This document shows positions 14,957 to 23,554 of a stretch of 24,172 bases of DNA, one piece after another. The DNA lies in IMG/VR virus record IMGVR_UViG_3300016667_000190, positions 1 through 24,172 of that record; one strand, 5' to 3'. How positions within the stretch are numbered: the stretch's first letter is position 1; every line of letters begins with the position of its first letter. Source of the DNA: a virus (Duplodnaviria > Caudoviricetes). A program made the position numbers and the translations under genes. The notes beneath the pieces are model-generated. The model worked only from the letters and a program-made list of their open reading frames with translations, made no database searches and had not been told where the DNA came from.

Positions 14957-15958
14957 ATGGGTTACGACAATCAGGGCGTCCTCGGTGGCGTCACCAACGG
15001 AGCGTTCAGGGAAGTGCCGTGGCACGGCCTTGGCGACTCGACCAATGCCAAGGGTGTCGTCGTCGGCACTAAGCGTCAAATCACAGAGCGTCTCGGTGGC
15101 AAGCAGTTGCTTGTCCACGCAGGACTCAACTGGACTGTCGAGCAGTCAACTCTCGACGACCTTGGCATGGACGGCTACGAAGGCGCTGACGAATACTCGG
15201 CTGTCATCCGTTCAGACAACAAGCGGTTGCTCGGTATCCACTCCGACTCCTACGGTGTCGTTCAGAACTCTCAACTCGCACAGTACGTGGACGTATTGCT
15301 CGCCGCTCGTGGCGATGCCACGCCCGTCTCTGCTGTCGAGTTGTGGGGTGGCAAGGTCGTGTTCCTTGTCGTCGAGTTCCGTGACCTCGTGCGTGTCGTC
15401 CGCAAGGACGGCGACGAGACGGACAAGATGACTCGGTACATGGGCTTGTACACCAGTCACAACGGGATGTACCCGTTGGGTGTCAAGTTCATGAACAACC
15501 TGTGGGTCTGTCAGAACACGTTCACGCCGTGGTCTGCTGACACGGGGTTCGTTGTGCGCCACACGCGCAATGCGGGTGACATCGCTGCCGAGGCAGCACG
15601 TTCGCTCGAACTCATGATGACATCGTTCGATAAGTTCGATGACGAAATCAATCGTCTGCTTGCTATCGAAGCGAGCAAGAGGGAACTCACGCAGAAGGTC
15701 ATTCCTGCTGTCATTGGTAAGCGTCCGACCGATAGCGGTCGTGCGCAGACCATGTACGACAACACGTGGGAAGCCATCGTTGCTGAGTGGTCTGAGAAGA
15801 CTCGTCAGGAAACGGCGTTCGATGCTGTGATGGCAGTACAGGGGTTCGAGCAGCATCGTTCCCTTATCCGCAATACATCTCGTGATGTATCATCTATTCG
15901 TCGTCTTCTCGACGACAAGTTCCCTATGACTCACAAGGCCGTCAAGGTCTTCTCCTGA
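14957..15958 (+). CDS. DUF932 / TIGR03299-like phage-plasmid protein
   Basis: EVPWHGLG, AGLNWTV, YGVVQN, SHNG, VCQNT and RHT signature motifs. Confidence 0.8.
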   Translation: MGYDNQGVLGGVTNGAFREVPWHGLGDSTNAKGVVVGTKRQITERLGGKQLLVHAGLNWTVEQSTLDDLGMDGYEGADEYSAVIRSDNKRLLGIHSDSYGVVQNSQLAQYVDVLLAARGDATPVSAVELWGGKVVFLVVEFRDLVRVVRKDGDETDKMTRYMGLYTSHNGMYPLGVKFMNNLWVCQNTFTPWSADTGFVVRHTRNAGDIAAEAARSLELMMTSFDKFDDEINRLLAIEASKRELTQKVIPAVIGKRPTDSGRAQTMYDNTWEAIVAEWSEKTRQETAFDAVMAVQGFEQHRSLIRNTSRDVSSIRRLLDDKFPMTHKAVKVFS

Positions 15959-15969
15959 AAGAAAGAACA

Positions 15970-16191
15970 ATGGAACCCAACGACATCAGTATCAACCTCA
16001 CGGTGCGAGAGTTGTTCGCACTCAACAAGACCCTCGGCATCGCTATCGACAATCTTGCCGACAAGATTGACAAGCATGGCATCCACACCAAGGTCGGGAA
16101 GGGGGCTATCTCAGACCAGTCTCTGCTCTGCGGTGTCCACATTCAGATTCTGGACGCCATTCAGTCACTCGGAGGCGACGATGAAGTTTGA
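15970..16191 (+). CDS. Hypothetical protein
   Basis: Purine-rich RBS, in operon context. Confidence 0.55.
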   Translation: MEPNDISINLTVRELFALNKTLGIAIDNLADKIDKHGIHTKVGKGAISDQSLLCGVHIQILDAIQSLGGDDEV

Positions 16192-16420
16192 TAGACATCC
16201 ACGTTACCTCGTTCACCTGTCCCCATCTGTCGATGTGTTCTTGGACAGCGAGTTCGAAGGCATCTGCCGTTCATCGTCGATGGACAAGAAGGGCGACTAT
16301 CCAGTTGTCTTTGACGTCGCCATCGGTCAGGCACTTCCCAGCACGGACACCGCGCACAAGTCGGCTGTCCTGTACGCAAGCAAGTTCGTCTCTCACGCAG
16401 GAGAGGGGGTGAAGCAATGA
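16181..16420 (+). CDS. Hypothetical protein
   Basis: GGAGG RBS, ATG 16181 (MKFDRHPRY); ATGA overlap with the next gene. Confidence 0.55.
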   Translation: MKFDRHPRYLVHLSPSVDVFLDSEFEGICRSSSMDKKGDYPVVFDVAIGQALPSTDTAHKSAVLYASKFVSHAGEGVKQ

Positions 16421-16713
16421 GCGCAAAGGACAAGCCAGTAAAGCGGAGGCTCGAAATCATTTACACCCCGATTGTCACGGTACACGTCGAGGAATTCGAG
16501 GACGGCACGTTCGATGTCAAGAGTCATACCGACATCGACTTCTCCGATTCGTTCTCCTACGTCTACAACACAGATACGGGAGACGAGTACACGACATCTG
16601 AGTTGGCCGATTTCTTCGTGCCTATGATGACGACCGCCGACGAGTTGCTCGGCACACTCAAGTTGCTGGAGTACTACCAGCCCGCATGGACGCCAGAAGA
16701 TGAGCCGTTCTAA
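16417..16713 (+). CDS. Acidic hypothetical protein
   Basis: ATGA coupling, GAGGGGG RBS, D/E-rich. Confidence 0.6.
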   Translation: MSAKDKPVKRRLEIIYTPIVTVHVEEFEDGTFDVKSHTDIDFSDSFSYVYNTDTGDEYTTSELADFFVPMMTTADELLGTLKLLEYYQPAWTPEDEPF

Positions 16714-16837
16714 AGGCACACTCTGGCGTTGCCCCAAGTGTGGTACGACCGTGACCACATACGTTCCATTGACGGCTACGCCTCTGTGTACGAAACACGC
16801 TGGTAAACCTCCGTCTATGAAACAGGTGGCCAACTGA
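16700..16837 (+). CDS. 45 aa CxxC...CxxH Zn-finger protein
   Basis: Read manually: MSRSKGTLWRCPKCGTTVTTYVPLTATPLCTKHAGKPPSMKQVAN; ends just before the terminator. Confidence 0.55.
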   Translation: MSRSKGTLWRCPKCGTTVTTYVPLTATPLCTKHAGKPPSMKQVAN

Positions 16838-16844
16838 GTAGCAG

Positions 16845-16884
16845 CAACGCCAGCAGAGAAATCTGCTGGCGTTGTTTGCGTTCT
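16845..16884 (+). terminator. Terminator-like hairpin closing the early region
   Basis: CAACGCCAGCAGA-GAAA-TCTGCTGGCGTTG (13 bp) followed by TTTGCGTTCT. Confidence 0.7.
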
Positions 16885-16949
16885 GGCAGCATTTACATGC
16901 TGTATGCTGGACAATTGACAACTCAACCAACTCGCTCGCTAATCTCCCC

Positions 16950-16987
16950 TCACGGGGAGGGGGGATAAAGGGGGGTGGGGCAAGGGG
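16950..16987 (+). other. G-tract element 2 (G-quadruplex-capable)
   Basis: TCAC-GGGG-A-GGGGGG-ATAAA-GGGGGG-T-GGGG-CAA-GGGG in the intergenic region before the replication genes. Confidence 0.5.
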
Positions 16988-17054
16988 ACTAGATGGTTCC
17001 ACGCCCGACGCTCCGCTAGGGCGAGGAACCTAGCAACGACAGGAAAGAGACCCA

Positions 17055-17516
17055 ATGAAGAAACCCGTAACCACCTGCGGTGTCGCAGGCCACGACGAGG
17101 AATGCCTGTGCGATGTCCGTGTGTCGTCGCACGAAGTCCCTATCCGCATGAAGAACCTCGTCACCGACTTGAAGTTCGGTGAGGAAATCTGTGCGTTGCG
17201 TGGATACACGCAACCGTGGGACAGAGAGCAAATCGTGAACTTCCTCGAAGACATACTCAAGGCTCACGACACAATCAGAGATGATTACTACACGCACCGA
17301 AGCGGTGCGCTCGTATCACGCCACGCCAAGAGTGCGACACGAGGTGTGCTCGAACCAGAACAGCGTGACGAACTGCGCAGGATTATCCTGAACGGTGCGT
17401 CATACCTAGAGGTCATCGAACACGCCAAGAGCACTTGGGATGTCGTCGTCTCAAAGACATACGCAGCACATCTGCGTAAGAGAACACTCTCACAACAGAA
17501 AGAAGGAAAGAAGTGA
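17055..17516 (+). CDS. Hypothetical protein with possible C-terminal HTH
   Basis: AGGAAAG RBS; N-terminal C/H cluster; C-terminal helical segment GASYLEVIEHAKSTWDVVVSKTYAAHLRKR. Confidence 0.6.
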   Translation: MKKPVTTCGVAGHDEECLCDVRVSSHEVPIRMKNLVTDLKFGEEICALRGYTQPWDREQIVNFLEDILKAHDTIRDDYYTHRSGALVSRHAKSATRGVLEPEQRDELRRIILNGASYLEVIEHAKSTWDVVVSKTYAAHLRKRTLSQQKEGKK

Positions 17517-18337
17517 AGTTCACCTACCACGACAACGGAGACATCTCCGTGTACGTCAGACAGTCATGGCTCAACGATGCCGTGTCCTGTAACGAGCGTG
17601 GCCGACAGGGCATCATTCGCCCCGAGTGGTCAATGCCGAACGACGCCACCATTCTTGGTACGGCAGTTCACGCTGGCATCGCCAGCGTTCTCGAAGGCAA
17701 GGGTCAGCCCGTGAAGGTTGCGTTGGAGGAACTGAACCGTCTCCTCGACGAGCCGTTCCAGCGTGTCAAGTACACGAACGAGGAACTGTACGACCACGTG
17801 ACCGAACTCATCAGCGAGTGGGAGAAGAACATCGCCCACACGCTTGGCGAAGTGAAGGGCGTCGAGAAGTCGTTCACGTTCGAACTCGACAAGTTCATGC
17901 TCGGCAACCGCAACATAGTTGTCAACGGGGTCGGTACAATTGACTGTGTGACCGATACGGCAATCTGGGATTGGAAGACCGCAGGCAAGAAGTACAGCGC
18001 CCGTGAGAAGCAGTCGCAAGCCATTCAGCCCACCATGTACGTCGCTGCAGCCGTCGCCAACGGCTGGCTCGAATACCCTGCGACGTTCAAGTACGGCGTT
18101 CTAGTTCGAGGCGGTAAGGCACAGATTGTGCCCGTCCACCGCAACGAGAGCCACACCGAGTGGCTACGAGAGATTATTCGACCGTTCGTTCGGTCAGCAA
18201 TCTCGCTCGGTACAGAAGACCCGTGGACACGCAATGACACGCACTTCCTGTGCTCGTCAACGTGGTGCTCATACTGGTCTGTATGTAAGGGAAGCAAGTT
18301 GGCGCCAGCCGACATCACACCAATGGAAGGTAACTGA
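17513..18337 (+). CDS. PD-(D/E)XK (RecB/Cas4-like) exonuclease
   Basis: GTAVH, GTID, IWDWKT, Q...Y motifs; one N-terminal Cys plus C-terminal C-x4-C-x5-C (Fe-S staple-like). Confidence 0.85.
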   Translation: MKFTYHDNGDISVYVRQSWLNDAVSCNERGRQGIIRPEWSMPNDATILGTAVHAGIASVLEGKGQPVKVALEELNRLLDEPFQRVKYTNEELYDHVTELISEWEKNIAHTLGEVKGVEKSFTFELDKFMLGNRNIVVNGVGTIDCVTDTAIWDWKTAGKKYSAREKQSQAIQPTMYVAAAVANGWLEYPATFKYGVLVRGGKAQIVPVHRNESHTEWLREIIRPFVRSAISLGTEDPWTRNDTHFLCSSTWCSYWSVCKGSKLAPADITPMEGN

Positions 18338-18339
18338 CC

Positions 18340-18807
18340 ATGATTAGCAAAGACCAGTCCATCGTCATGCAGGTCGCAGCAAAGATTGCTAGCGAACTCA
18401 CGAACACCACCGCCATCCCTGAGCGCAACGTCGCTGAGGTTCAGGCCGTGTTCCTGCAGCACTTCGACGTTGTGAACGAGGCACTCCAGCAGGCGAACGG
18501 CACGCTCAACCTGCAGGAGTCGTTCCCCACCGCAACGATGGAGACCACCACCGAACCGACTGCCAAGCCTGACCGCATCGTCGTCACCAGCGCCCCCCGT
18601 GGCAACGGTGGAACCGTGCTCGTCGCAGGCAAGCAGCACGGCGACCTCCCCAACTGGCTCATCGCCGCCTGCCAGAAGAGCGGTGTGAGCAAGGTGTGGG
18701 ACAACCGTGACACCGCTGTCGGCACTCGTCGCCCGTGGTTCAAGCAGGCTGACACCGTTGACGGGCAGGAGCCTGTTGCGTTCTGGCCCCCGAAGGGCAT
18801 GAACTGA
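18340..18807 (+). CDS. Putative ssDNA-binding / recombination accessory protein
   Basis: Between exonuclease and helicase; C-terminal VWDNR...RPWFK...FW motif. Confidence 0.5.
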   Translation: MISKDQSIVMQVAAKIASELTNTTAIPERNVAEVQAVFLQHFDVVNEALQQANGTLNLQESFPTATMETTTEPTAKPDRIVVTSAPRGNGGTVLVAGKQHGDLPNWLIAACQKSGVSKVWDNRDTAVGTRRPWFKQADTVDGQEPVAFWPPKGMN

Positions 18808-19847
18808 TGTCAATCATCGACCTAGCAGCACGCTGGGAGGCTTTGGGGGCTGGCGAGCAATCGCCAGCCCCTACAGTCGTTGAACAGAAGCCTCACATCT
18901 ATTACAAGCCTCTCGAAGAGGCAGCACATGAGTTCGTCCGTTGGGCGCAGTCACCGCACGAACGCATCTACACAGGATTCAACGACCTCGACCGAGAGAT
19001 GCGAGGCATCGCAGCAGGCGAACTGTGCCTCATCCTTGGCTACAGCCACAGCGGAAAGACACTCGTCACCCTTGAGATGCTCAAGGCCAACCGCAACAAG
19101 AACGTCATCTACTTCGTCCCCGACGAGCCACGCACACTCGTGCTCATCAAGTTGGCGTGCGTCACCCACGGCATCAACGCCATCGACCTCGAACGTGCTG
19201 TCGCTGCCGACGAACCGCAGGCCATCGACCTGCTTCGCTCTACAGCACTCGAACACTTCCCGAACCTCGCCGTGTTCGACCAGAGCATGGCTCTCTCCGA
19301 CATGGAGAAGGCGCTCGGTGAAGTGTCCGACATGTGGGGACAGAAGCCAGACCTCGTAGTGTTCGACTACCTCGAACTGCTACAGGGTGGAGGCGAGGAC
19401 GTTCCGTCTAAGGCGAACACCATCAAGGCGTGGGGTCGTCGTCACGACATCCCCTTGCTTGTGCTTCACCAAACGTCACGCACCGCAGGTGCTGACGGCA
19501 AGCGCATGACCATCTCGTCTGGCTCGTTCGGTGGTGAGCAGCAGGCTACGCACATCATCGGCGTGCGTCGTAAGCGGTTTGAGATTGAGCATCAGATTCG
19601 TGAACTCGAAGCCAAACTTGACAAGTCGTCTGCGTCAGAGCGTGCGATGGAACAGTTGGACTTCCTGCGTTACGAGTCGCGCATCCATCAGCACACGCTC
19701 ACCATCAATCTCGTCAAGAACAAGCGCCCTGCTGGCGCTCTGCTCGACGACATCGACTTCGAGATTGAACAGGGTACTGGTAGGCTGACTCGTCTCAAGG
19801 ACGGCGACTTGCCTGAACAGTTCTTGAACGAGGTGCGTGGTGGCTGA
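18807..19847 (+). CDS. DnaB-like (SF4) replicative helicase
   Basis: TGFNDLD, Walker A GYSHSGKT, Walker B VVFDYLELL, LHQTSR, GEQQA and KNKR motifs. Confidence 0.85.
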   Translation: MSIIDLAARWEALGAGEQSPAPTVVEQKPHIYYKPLEEAAHEFVRWAQSPHERIYTGFNDLDREMRGIAAGELCLILGYSHSGKTLVTLEMLKANRNKNVIYFVPDEPRTLVLIKLACVTHGINAIDLERAVAADEPQAIDLLRSTALEHFPNLAVFDQSMALSDMEKALGEVSDMWGQKPDLVVFDYLELLQGGGEDVPSKANTIKAWGRRHDIPLLVLHQTSRTAGADGKRMTISSGSFGGEQQATHIIGVRRKRFEIEHQIRELEAKLDKSSASERAMEQLDFLRYESRIHQHTLTINLVKNKRPAGALLDDIDFEIEQGTGRLTRLKDGDLPEQFLNEVRGG

Positions 19848-20733
19848 GGTAACCCTTGAGGGCTTCATCAGTCTGTTCCGTGGGCGTGGCGACTGCTACG
19901 GCTCGTGGGACGGCGGATGCGTCAGGGAACCTCTCAGCGTTGACACGTTCAAGCAGCACCTTTACGGCAACGTGTTCATCGGCGTGTACCCAGCGTTCAA
20001 CTACAAGAACGAGACATGGTGCATCTGGGGATGTAGCGACATCGACTACGACAACCCCGACCACGCTTGGCTGCTCCACGATGCGTTCGAGGCAGCAGGC
20101 GTGACATCGTGGGTTGAGAAGACACGGCGTGGCTACCACATCTGGGTATTCGCCAGCGACCTCGTTCCTGCTCGCAACATGCGACGCATGTTCCTCGCAG
20201 CCCATCAAGTCGCAGACCTGCCAGCCAAGGAAGTGAACCCGAAGCAGGAGACACTCGCCAACGGACAGGTCGGCAACTACGTCAGGCTCCCATACCCGAA
20301 CCATGGCAAGCCAGAGCGCATCTTCATCAACAGAGACGCTTCACCAATCTGGATTGACGACTTCGTTCAAGAGGCCAAGGCGTCGCTCATGACGCCAGAA
20401 GTCATCGAACGTCTCGCCAACTTCTACAAGCCTCCCACCGTGAACTACACGGTAGGCGCACCATCACATGACATGGCAGAAGCCGCACGGATGCTCACGC
20501 CCCTTGGGCGTGCCATCTTCCGTGACGGCCCAATTGAGGGGCGTGACCGTTCAACGACGCTCACACACCTCGCACACGAATGCAGGAAGGCAAGCCTTCA
20601 CCCGAAGGATGCCATGTCACTACTGGAGGACGCTGATTTACGATGGGGAAAGTATCTGATGAGGGGCGAGACGGGGAAACTCGAACTCGAAAAGTTGCTC
20701 GTTCGGGCGTACGGTCACACTCAATTTACGTAG
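19837..20733 (+). CDS. Archaeo-eukaryotic primase (AEP) family primase with C-terminal helical domain
   Basis: FRGR, GVYP, motif I SDID, motif II TRRGYHIWVF, GNYVRLPY; PriCT-like C-terminus (GRDRSTTL). Confidence 0.8.
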   Translation: MVAEVTLEGFISLFRGRGDCYGSWDGGCVREPLSVDTFKQHLYGNVFIGVYPAFNYKNETWCIWGCSDIDYDNPDHAWLLHDAFEAAGVTSWVEKTRRGYHIWVFASDLVPARNMRRMFLAAHQVADLPAKEVNPKQETLANGQVGNYVRLPYPNHGKPERIFINRDASPIWIDDFVQEAKASLMTPEVIERLANFYKPPTVNYTVGAPSHDMAEAARMLTPLGRAIFRDGPIEGRDRSTTLTHLAHECRKASLHPKDAMSLLEDADLRWGKYLMRGETGKLELEKLLVRAYGHTQFT

Positions 20734-21059
20734 AGGGAAAGCCACACCCGAAGGAACGCCCACGGGCAGCAACATCGAAGGCTGGCAAGACGTTCATGTA
20801 CACGCCTTCCAAGACTGTCGATGCTGAGAAGAAGATTGGTCTGGCGTGGGATGGCCCTATGTTCGAAGGCGAAGTGGCTGTCCACGTTGTCGTCGACAAG
20901 GAAGGCACAGCGGTCATCGTTGAGCGTGTGGACATCGACGGCAAAGCGAGCCTCAGAGGCGATCTTGACAACTATGTGAAGACCGTCCTCGACGGGCTGA
21001 ACGGCATCGCATGGAAGGACGACTCGCAGGTCGTCAAGATTACGGCGGTGAAGTTGTGA
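20643..21059 (+). CDS. rusA: RusA-like Holliday junction resolvase
   Basis: PKERPR and DLDNYVKTVLDGLNGIAWKDDSQV signature; start uncertain. Confidence 0.9.
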   Translation: MGKVSDEGRDGETRTRKVARSGVRSHSIYVEGKPHPKERPRAATSKAGKTFMYTPSKTVDAEKKIGLAWDGPMFEGEVAVHVVVDKEGTAVIVERVDIDGKASLRGDLDNYVKTVLDGLNGIAWKDDSQVVKITAVKL

Positions 21060-21520
21060 CTACTTCAAACTTCCGTGAGAAGTCGTGGGGAGCACGCTAC
21101 GACACCATGGGCGACATCGCAGAGACAGCGTTCCTGAACGTGTATCCGAAGGCTCATAGGCTTGGCTTGAACAGACCTGACTTCGATGTGCGAGGCATGG
21201 CTGACCCGATGCGCTACGCACCCGACTTCATGTTGAGCGACGGACTCTACGAAGTGATGGGCGTCGCCTCACGTGGCGACTCGCTCTTGAAGGTGAAGTT
21301 CGAGAAGTTGGACGCACTTTCAACGTGGATGTGTATCGGCCCCGTTCACCTGTTCATCTACGACTCGTCACGCAAGCGGTACTGGATAGCACCGCTTCGT
21401 GACTGGTCAAAGTCATGCCACAAGCATGGTGAAGTCGCACGCTTCCCCGACAACAGGAAGCCGTACTTCGCTCTCCACATCGACGACTTCCCCACGGAGC
21501 CGATTCGCTGTGAACTATGA
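21056..21520 (+). CDS. Putative PD-(D/E)XK-fold protein
   Basis: GTGA-coupled start; GDIAE...PDF...YEV pattern, but the canonical catalytic Lys is not evident. Confidence 0.5.
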   Translation: MTTSNFREKSWGARYDTMGDIAETAFLNVYPKAHRLGLNRPDFDVRGMADPMRYAPDFMLSDGLYEVMGVASRGDSLLKVKFEKLDALSTWMCIGPVHLFIYDSSRKRYWIAPLRDWSKSCHKHGEVARFPDNRKPYFALHIDDFPTEPIRCEL

Positions 21521-22283
21521 CTTCGACCGCTTCCCGTCCAAGACGACCTTCACAGAGTCGGACTGGCTTCTCCAGTTGGGCGACTCGCCCAGCATCGGCA
21601 ATACGCACATTGACATCGTGCGAAATGCTGTGGAATCATTAGACGAAACCTCACGCCAAATCGTCGAAGCAATCTTCTACGAGAGAATCCCGTATAGCCA
21701 ACTGGGTTCACGTTTAGGTTTCTCCAAAGTTCACGCATGGCGTCTCACCAAGAAGGCGCTGGCGCAACTTGAACGAACACTCAAGAACAACTACGCAATC
21801 AACATGAGGTACAACATGTTCGACAACTGGGACGATGCTGCCGAAGCAGTACTCAACGACATGGACGGCTTCTTGCCGTCCGCACCGACAACCATGATGG
21901 CAATGAGTGGCATGCAGCAACGGCTCGCAGAGCACGTGCGTGAATCACGAGAGATTCCCATCGGACTCATCATGGACATCGGTGACTCCGCCTGCTCACA
22001 GATGAAACATGACGGCACATGGCGTGCCGATGTCATGCACGAACTACTCATCGGAAAGCAGCGAGACTACGGGCACGAGAACATTCTCCTGTTCGGTCTG
22101 ACAGGTGTGGCGGTGCGCATGTGCGACAAGATTGCACGCCTCAAGACACTCCTCCTTGAGGGCTACACGCCTGCGAACGAGTCGCTGCTCGACACATGGC
22201 GTGACCTTGTGGGCTACAGCGTCATCGGCCTCATGCTGTGGAACAACACGTTCGTCCTTGACCTCAAGGAAGTGGCAGCATGA
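21510..22283 (+). CDS. Fusion of sigma-70 region 4-like HTH and DUF1599-like nucleotide-modification-associated helical domain
   Basis: N-terminal AVESLDETSRQIVEAIFYERIPYSQLGSRLGFSKVHAWRLTKKALAQL; C-terminal KQRDYG...VRMCDKIARL...ESLLDTWRDLVGY; GGAG RBS before GTG 21510. Confidence 0.75.
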   Translation: MNYDFDRFPSKTTFTESDWLLQLGDSPSIGNTHIDIVRNAVESLDETSRQIVEAIFYERIPYSQLGSRLGFSKVHAWRLTKKALAQLERTLKNNYAINMRYNMFDNWDDAAEAVLNDMDGFLPSAPTTMMAMSGMQQRLAEHVRESREIPIGLIMDIGDSACSQMKHDGTWRADVMHELLIGKQRDYGHENILLFGLTGVAVRMCDKIARLKTLLLEGYTPANESLLDTWRDLVGYSVIGLMLWNNTFVLDLKEVAA

Positions 22284-22453
22284 GCGACCAGCAGCACGAC
22301 ATCCCCGAGCAGTTGATTGACGAGATTCGTCTACCCGATGTGACCGCCCTAGCGGTCGCCATCGCACTCTGGCTTAGTCGAGAGAACCCCAACGCTCTGG
22401 AAGAAATCGGACAGATTGCCGATGTGTTGAAGGAGAAGTTCGTTGAAGGATGA
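22280..22453 (+). CDS. Small hypothetical protein, 57 aa
   Basis: Read manually; ATGA coupling; MSDQQHDIPEQL...KEKFVEG. Confidence 0.55.
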   Translation: MSDQQHDIPEQLIDEIRLPDVTALAVAIALWLSRENPNALEEIGQIADVLKEKFVEG

Positions 22454-22595
22454 AGAACTCAAAGAACTCGACTCGCTGCTATACGAACTCGTTATCGAAG
22501 CAGCCCGTCACGGACTCCCCAAGAGCCACCTTCACAACATCAACGACCTGAGAGACAAGACGCTCCCAGCAATCAGGAAGGCAAGAAAGAAGTGA
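22443..22595 (+). CDS. Small hypothetical protein, 50 aa
   Basis: Read manually; AAGGAG RBS, TTG start, MKDEELKELDSLL...ARKK; GTGA overlap with the next gene. Confidence 0.5.
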   Translation: MKDEELKELDSLLYELVIEAARHGLPKSHLHNINDLRDKTLPAIRKARKK

Positions 22596-22825
22596 CCACC
22601 GACGCAATCATCACCATCATCGCTGCAGCAGCGTGCATGGCTCTGCTCTACGCATCAGGCATAGCACTCGACGAATTCCCCGAAGGGCGAGAAGTCACCA
22701 TCGACACCGAAGACGGCGAACGTACCGTCCGAATTGTCGACGCACCGTTCGCAGACGAATGGCCCGCAGGTGATCCTGTGCCAGCCGACAAGGAGAATTT
22801 GGGGTGGGTGATGCGTGGTGAGTGA
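22592..22825 (+). CDS. Small protein with N-terminal hydrophobic segment
   Basis: AIITIIAAAACMALLYASGIAL followed by an acidic domain. Confidence 0.55.
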   Translation: MTTDAIITIIAAAACMALLYASGIALDEFPEGREVTIDTEDGERTVRIVDAPFADEWPAGDPVPADKENLGWVMRGE

Positions 22826-23072
22826 CCTCGAAGGATTCGACCCCAACGACATCGCAGAACTCTCTGCGATGGCAGAAAGAATCGTCAAAGACTCAAACAC
22901 CTACTACGAAGTACGAATGCTCGTCACACACGAAGGCGCAGAAGACTTCATCGAAGCATTCAACGCCTCACTCGACGGCAACTTCATGGCCATGATTCCC
23001 CTCATGAACGTGCTGCACCTCATCGGCACATCACTCGCAGAATCAATGGACGGCGACGACGAAGACAACTAG
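22815..23072 (+). CDS. Acidic hypothetical protein
   Basis: Last + strand gene; its stop overlaps the convergent endolysin stop. Confidence 0.55.
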   Translation: MVSDLEGFDPNDIAELSAMAERIVKDSNTYYEVRMLVTHEGAEDFIEAFNASLDGNFMAMIPLMNVLHLIGTSLAESMDGDDEDN

Positions 23073-23554
23073 CCAGCCACAGGCTGAAGCAAACACTTAA
23101 ACACGGCATCGAAGTACGCAGCATCATCTGCGACTTCGTTGCTGAGTTCAACGTGAATCCAATTCGCCCACGACTCCCCACCACCGCTGATCTGACCCTT
23201 GCTGTAGTTCGACCACTTCAAACGGTCAACACGCCAACCACGCCCATACGGCTTCACGTTATAGTCAGCGATGAACTCCACACCAAACGCCTCCCAGTTA
23301 CGTTCCAAAAACGCAATCAGGTTGAGGCAATCCTCACGGTTCGTGTAACCGAAATCAATCGCCCGTCCAGTCCCATGAACAGACGGAGACGACTTCCCAC
23401 GCATAGGTCGAACAACCCACGTTCCCTTACACGTGATCTTCCCACCGTTCAAGAACACAACCCAATCCTTGAACTTCTCAACACCAGCACGCTTACCGCT
23501 GCTGTTCTTGTCGAAGCCCGTGTACTTGCGCTTCCCTCGGAAGAACCCCATCAT
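23069..23554 (-). CDS. Putative endolysin, M15-type Zn peptidase
   Basis: SVHGTGRAIDF (SxHxxGxAxD) and WIHVE Zn-binding motifs; no obvious cell-wall-binding domain. Confidence 0.75.
   Translation of the reverse strand: MMGFFRGKRKYTGFDKNSSGKRAGVEKFKDWVVFLNGGKITCKGTWVVRPMRGKSSPSVHGTGRAIDFGYTNREDCLNLIAFLERNWEAFGVEFIADYNVKPYGRGWRVDRLKWSNYSKGQISGGGESWANWIHVELSNEVADDAAYFDAVFKCLLQPVAG

Noticed and set aside
15955-15961. CTGAAAG half-sites here and at 10395
   Set aside because: No CTTTCAG right arm; explained as stop codon and/or GAAAG(G) RBS.
16915-16945. Sigma-70 promoter TTGACA...TAATCT
   Set aside because: Perfect -35 but a 19-nt spacer; plausible yet too weak to call.
17513-18337. Cas4 as part of a CRISPR system
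   Set aside because: Standalone Cas4/RecB-like nucleases are common in phage replication modules; no array or other cas genes.
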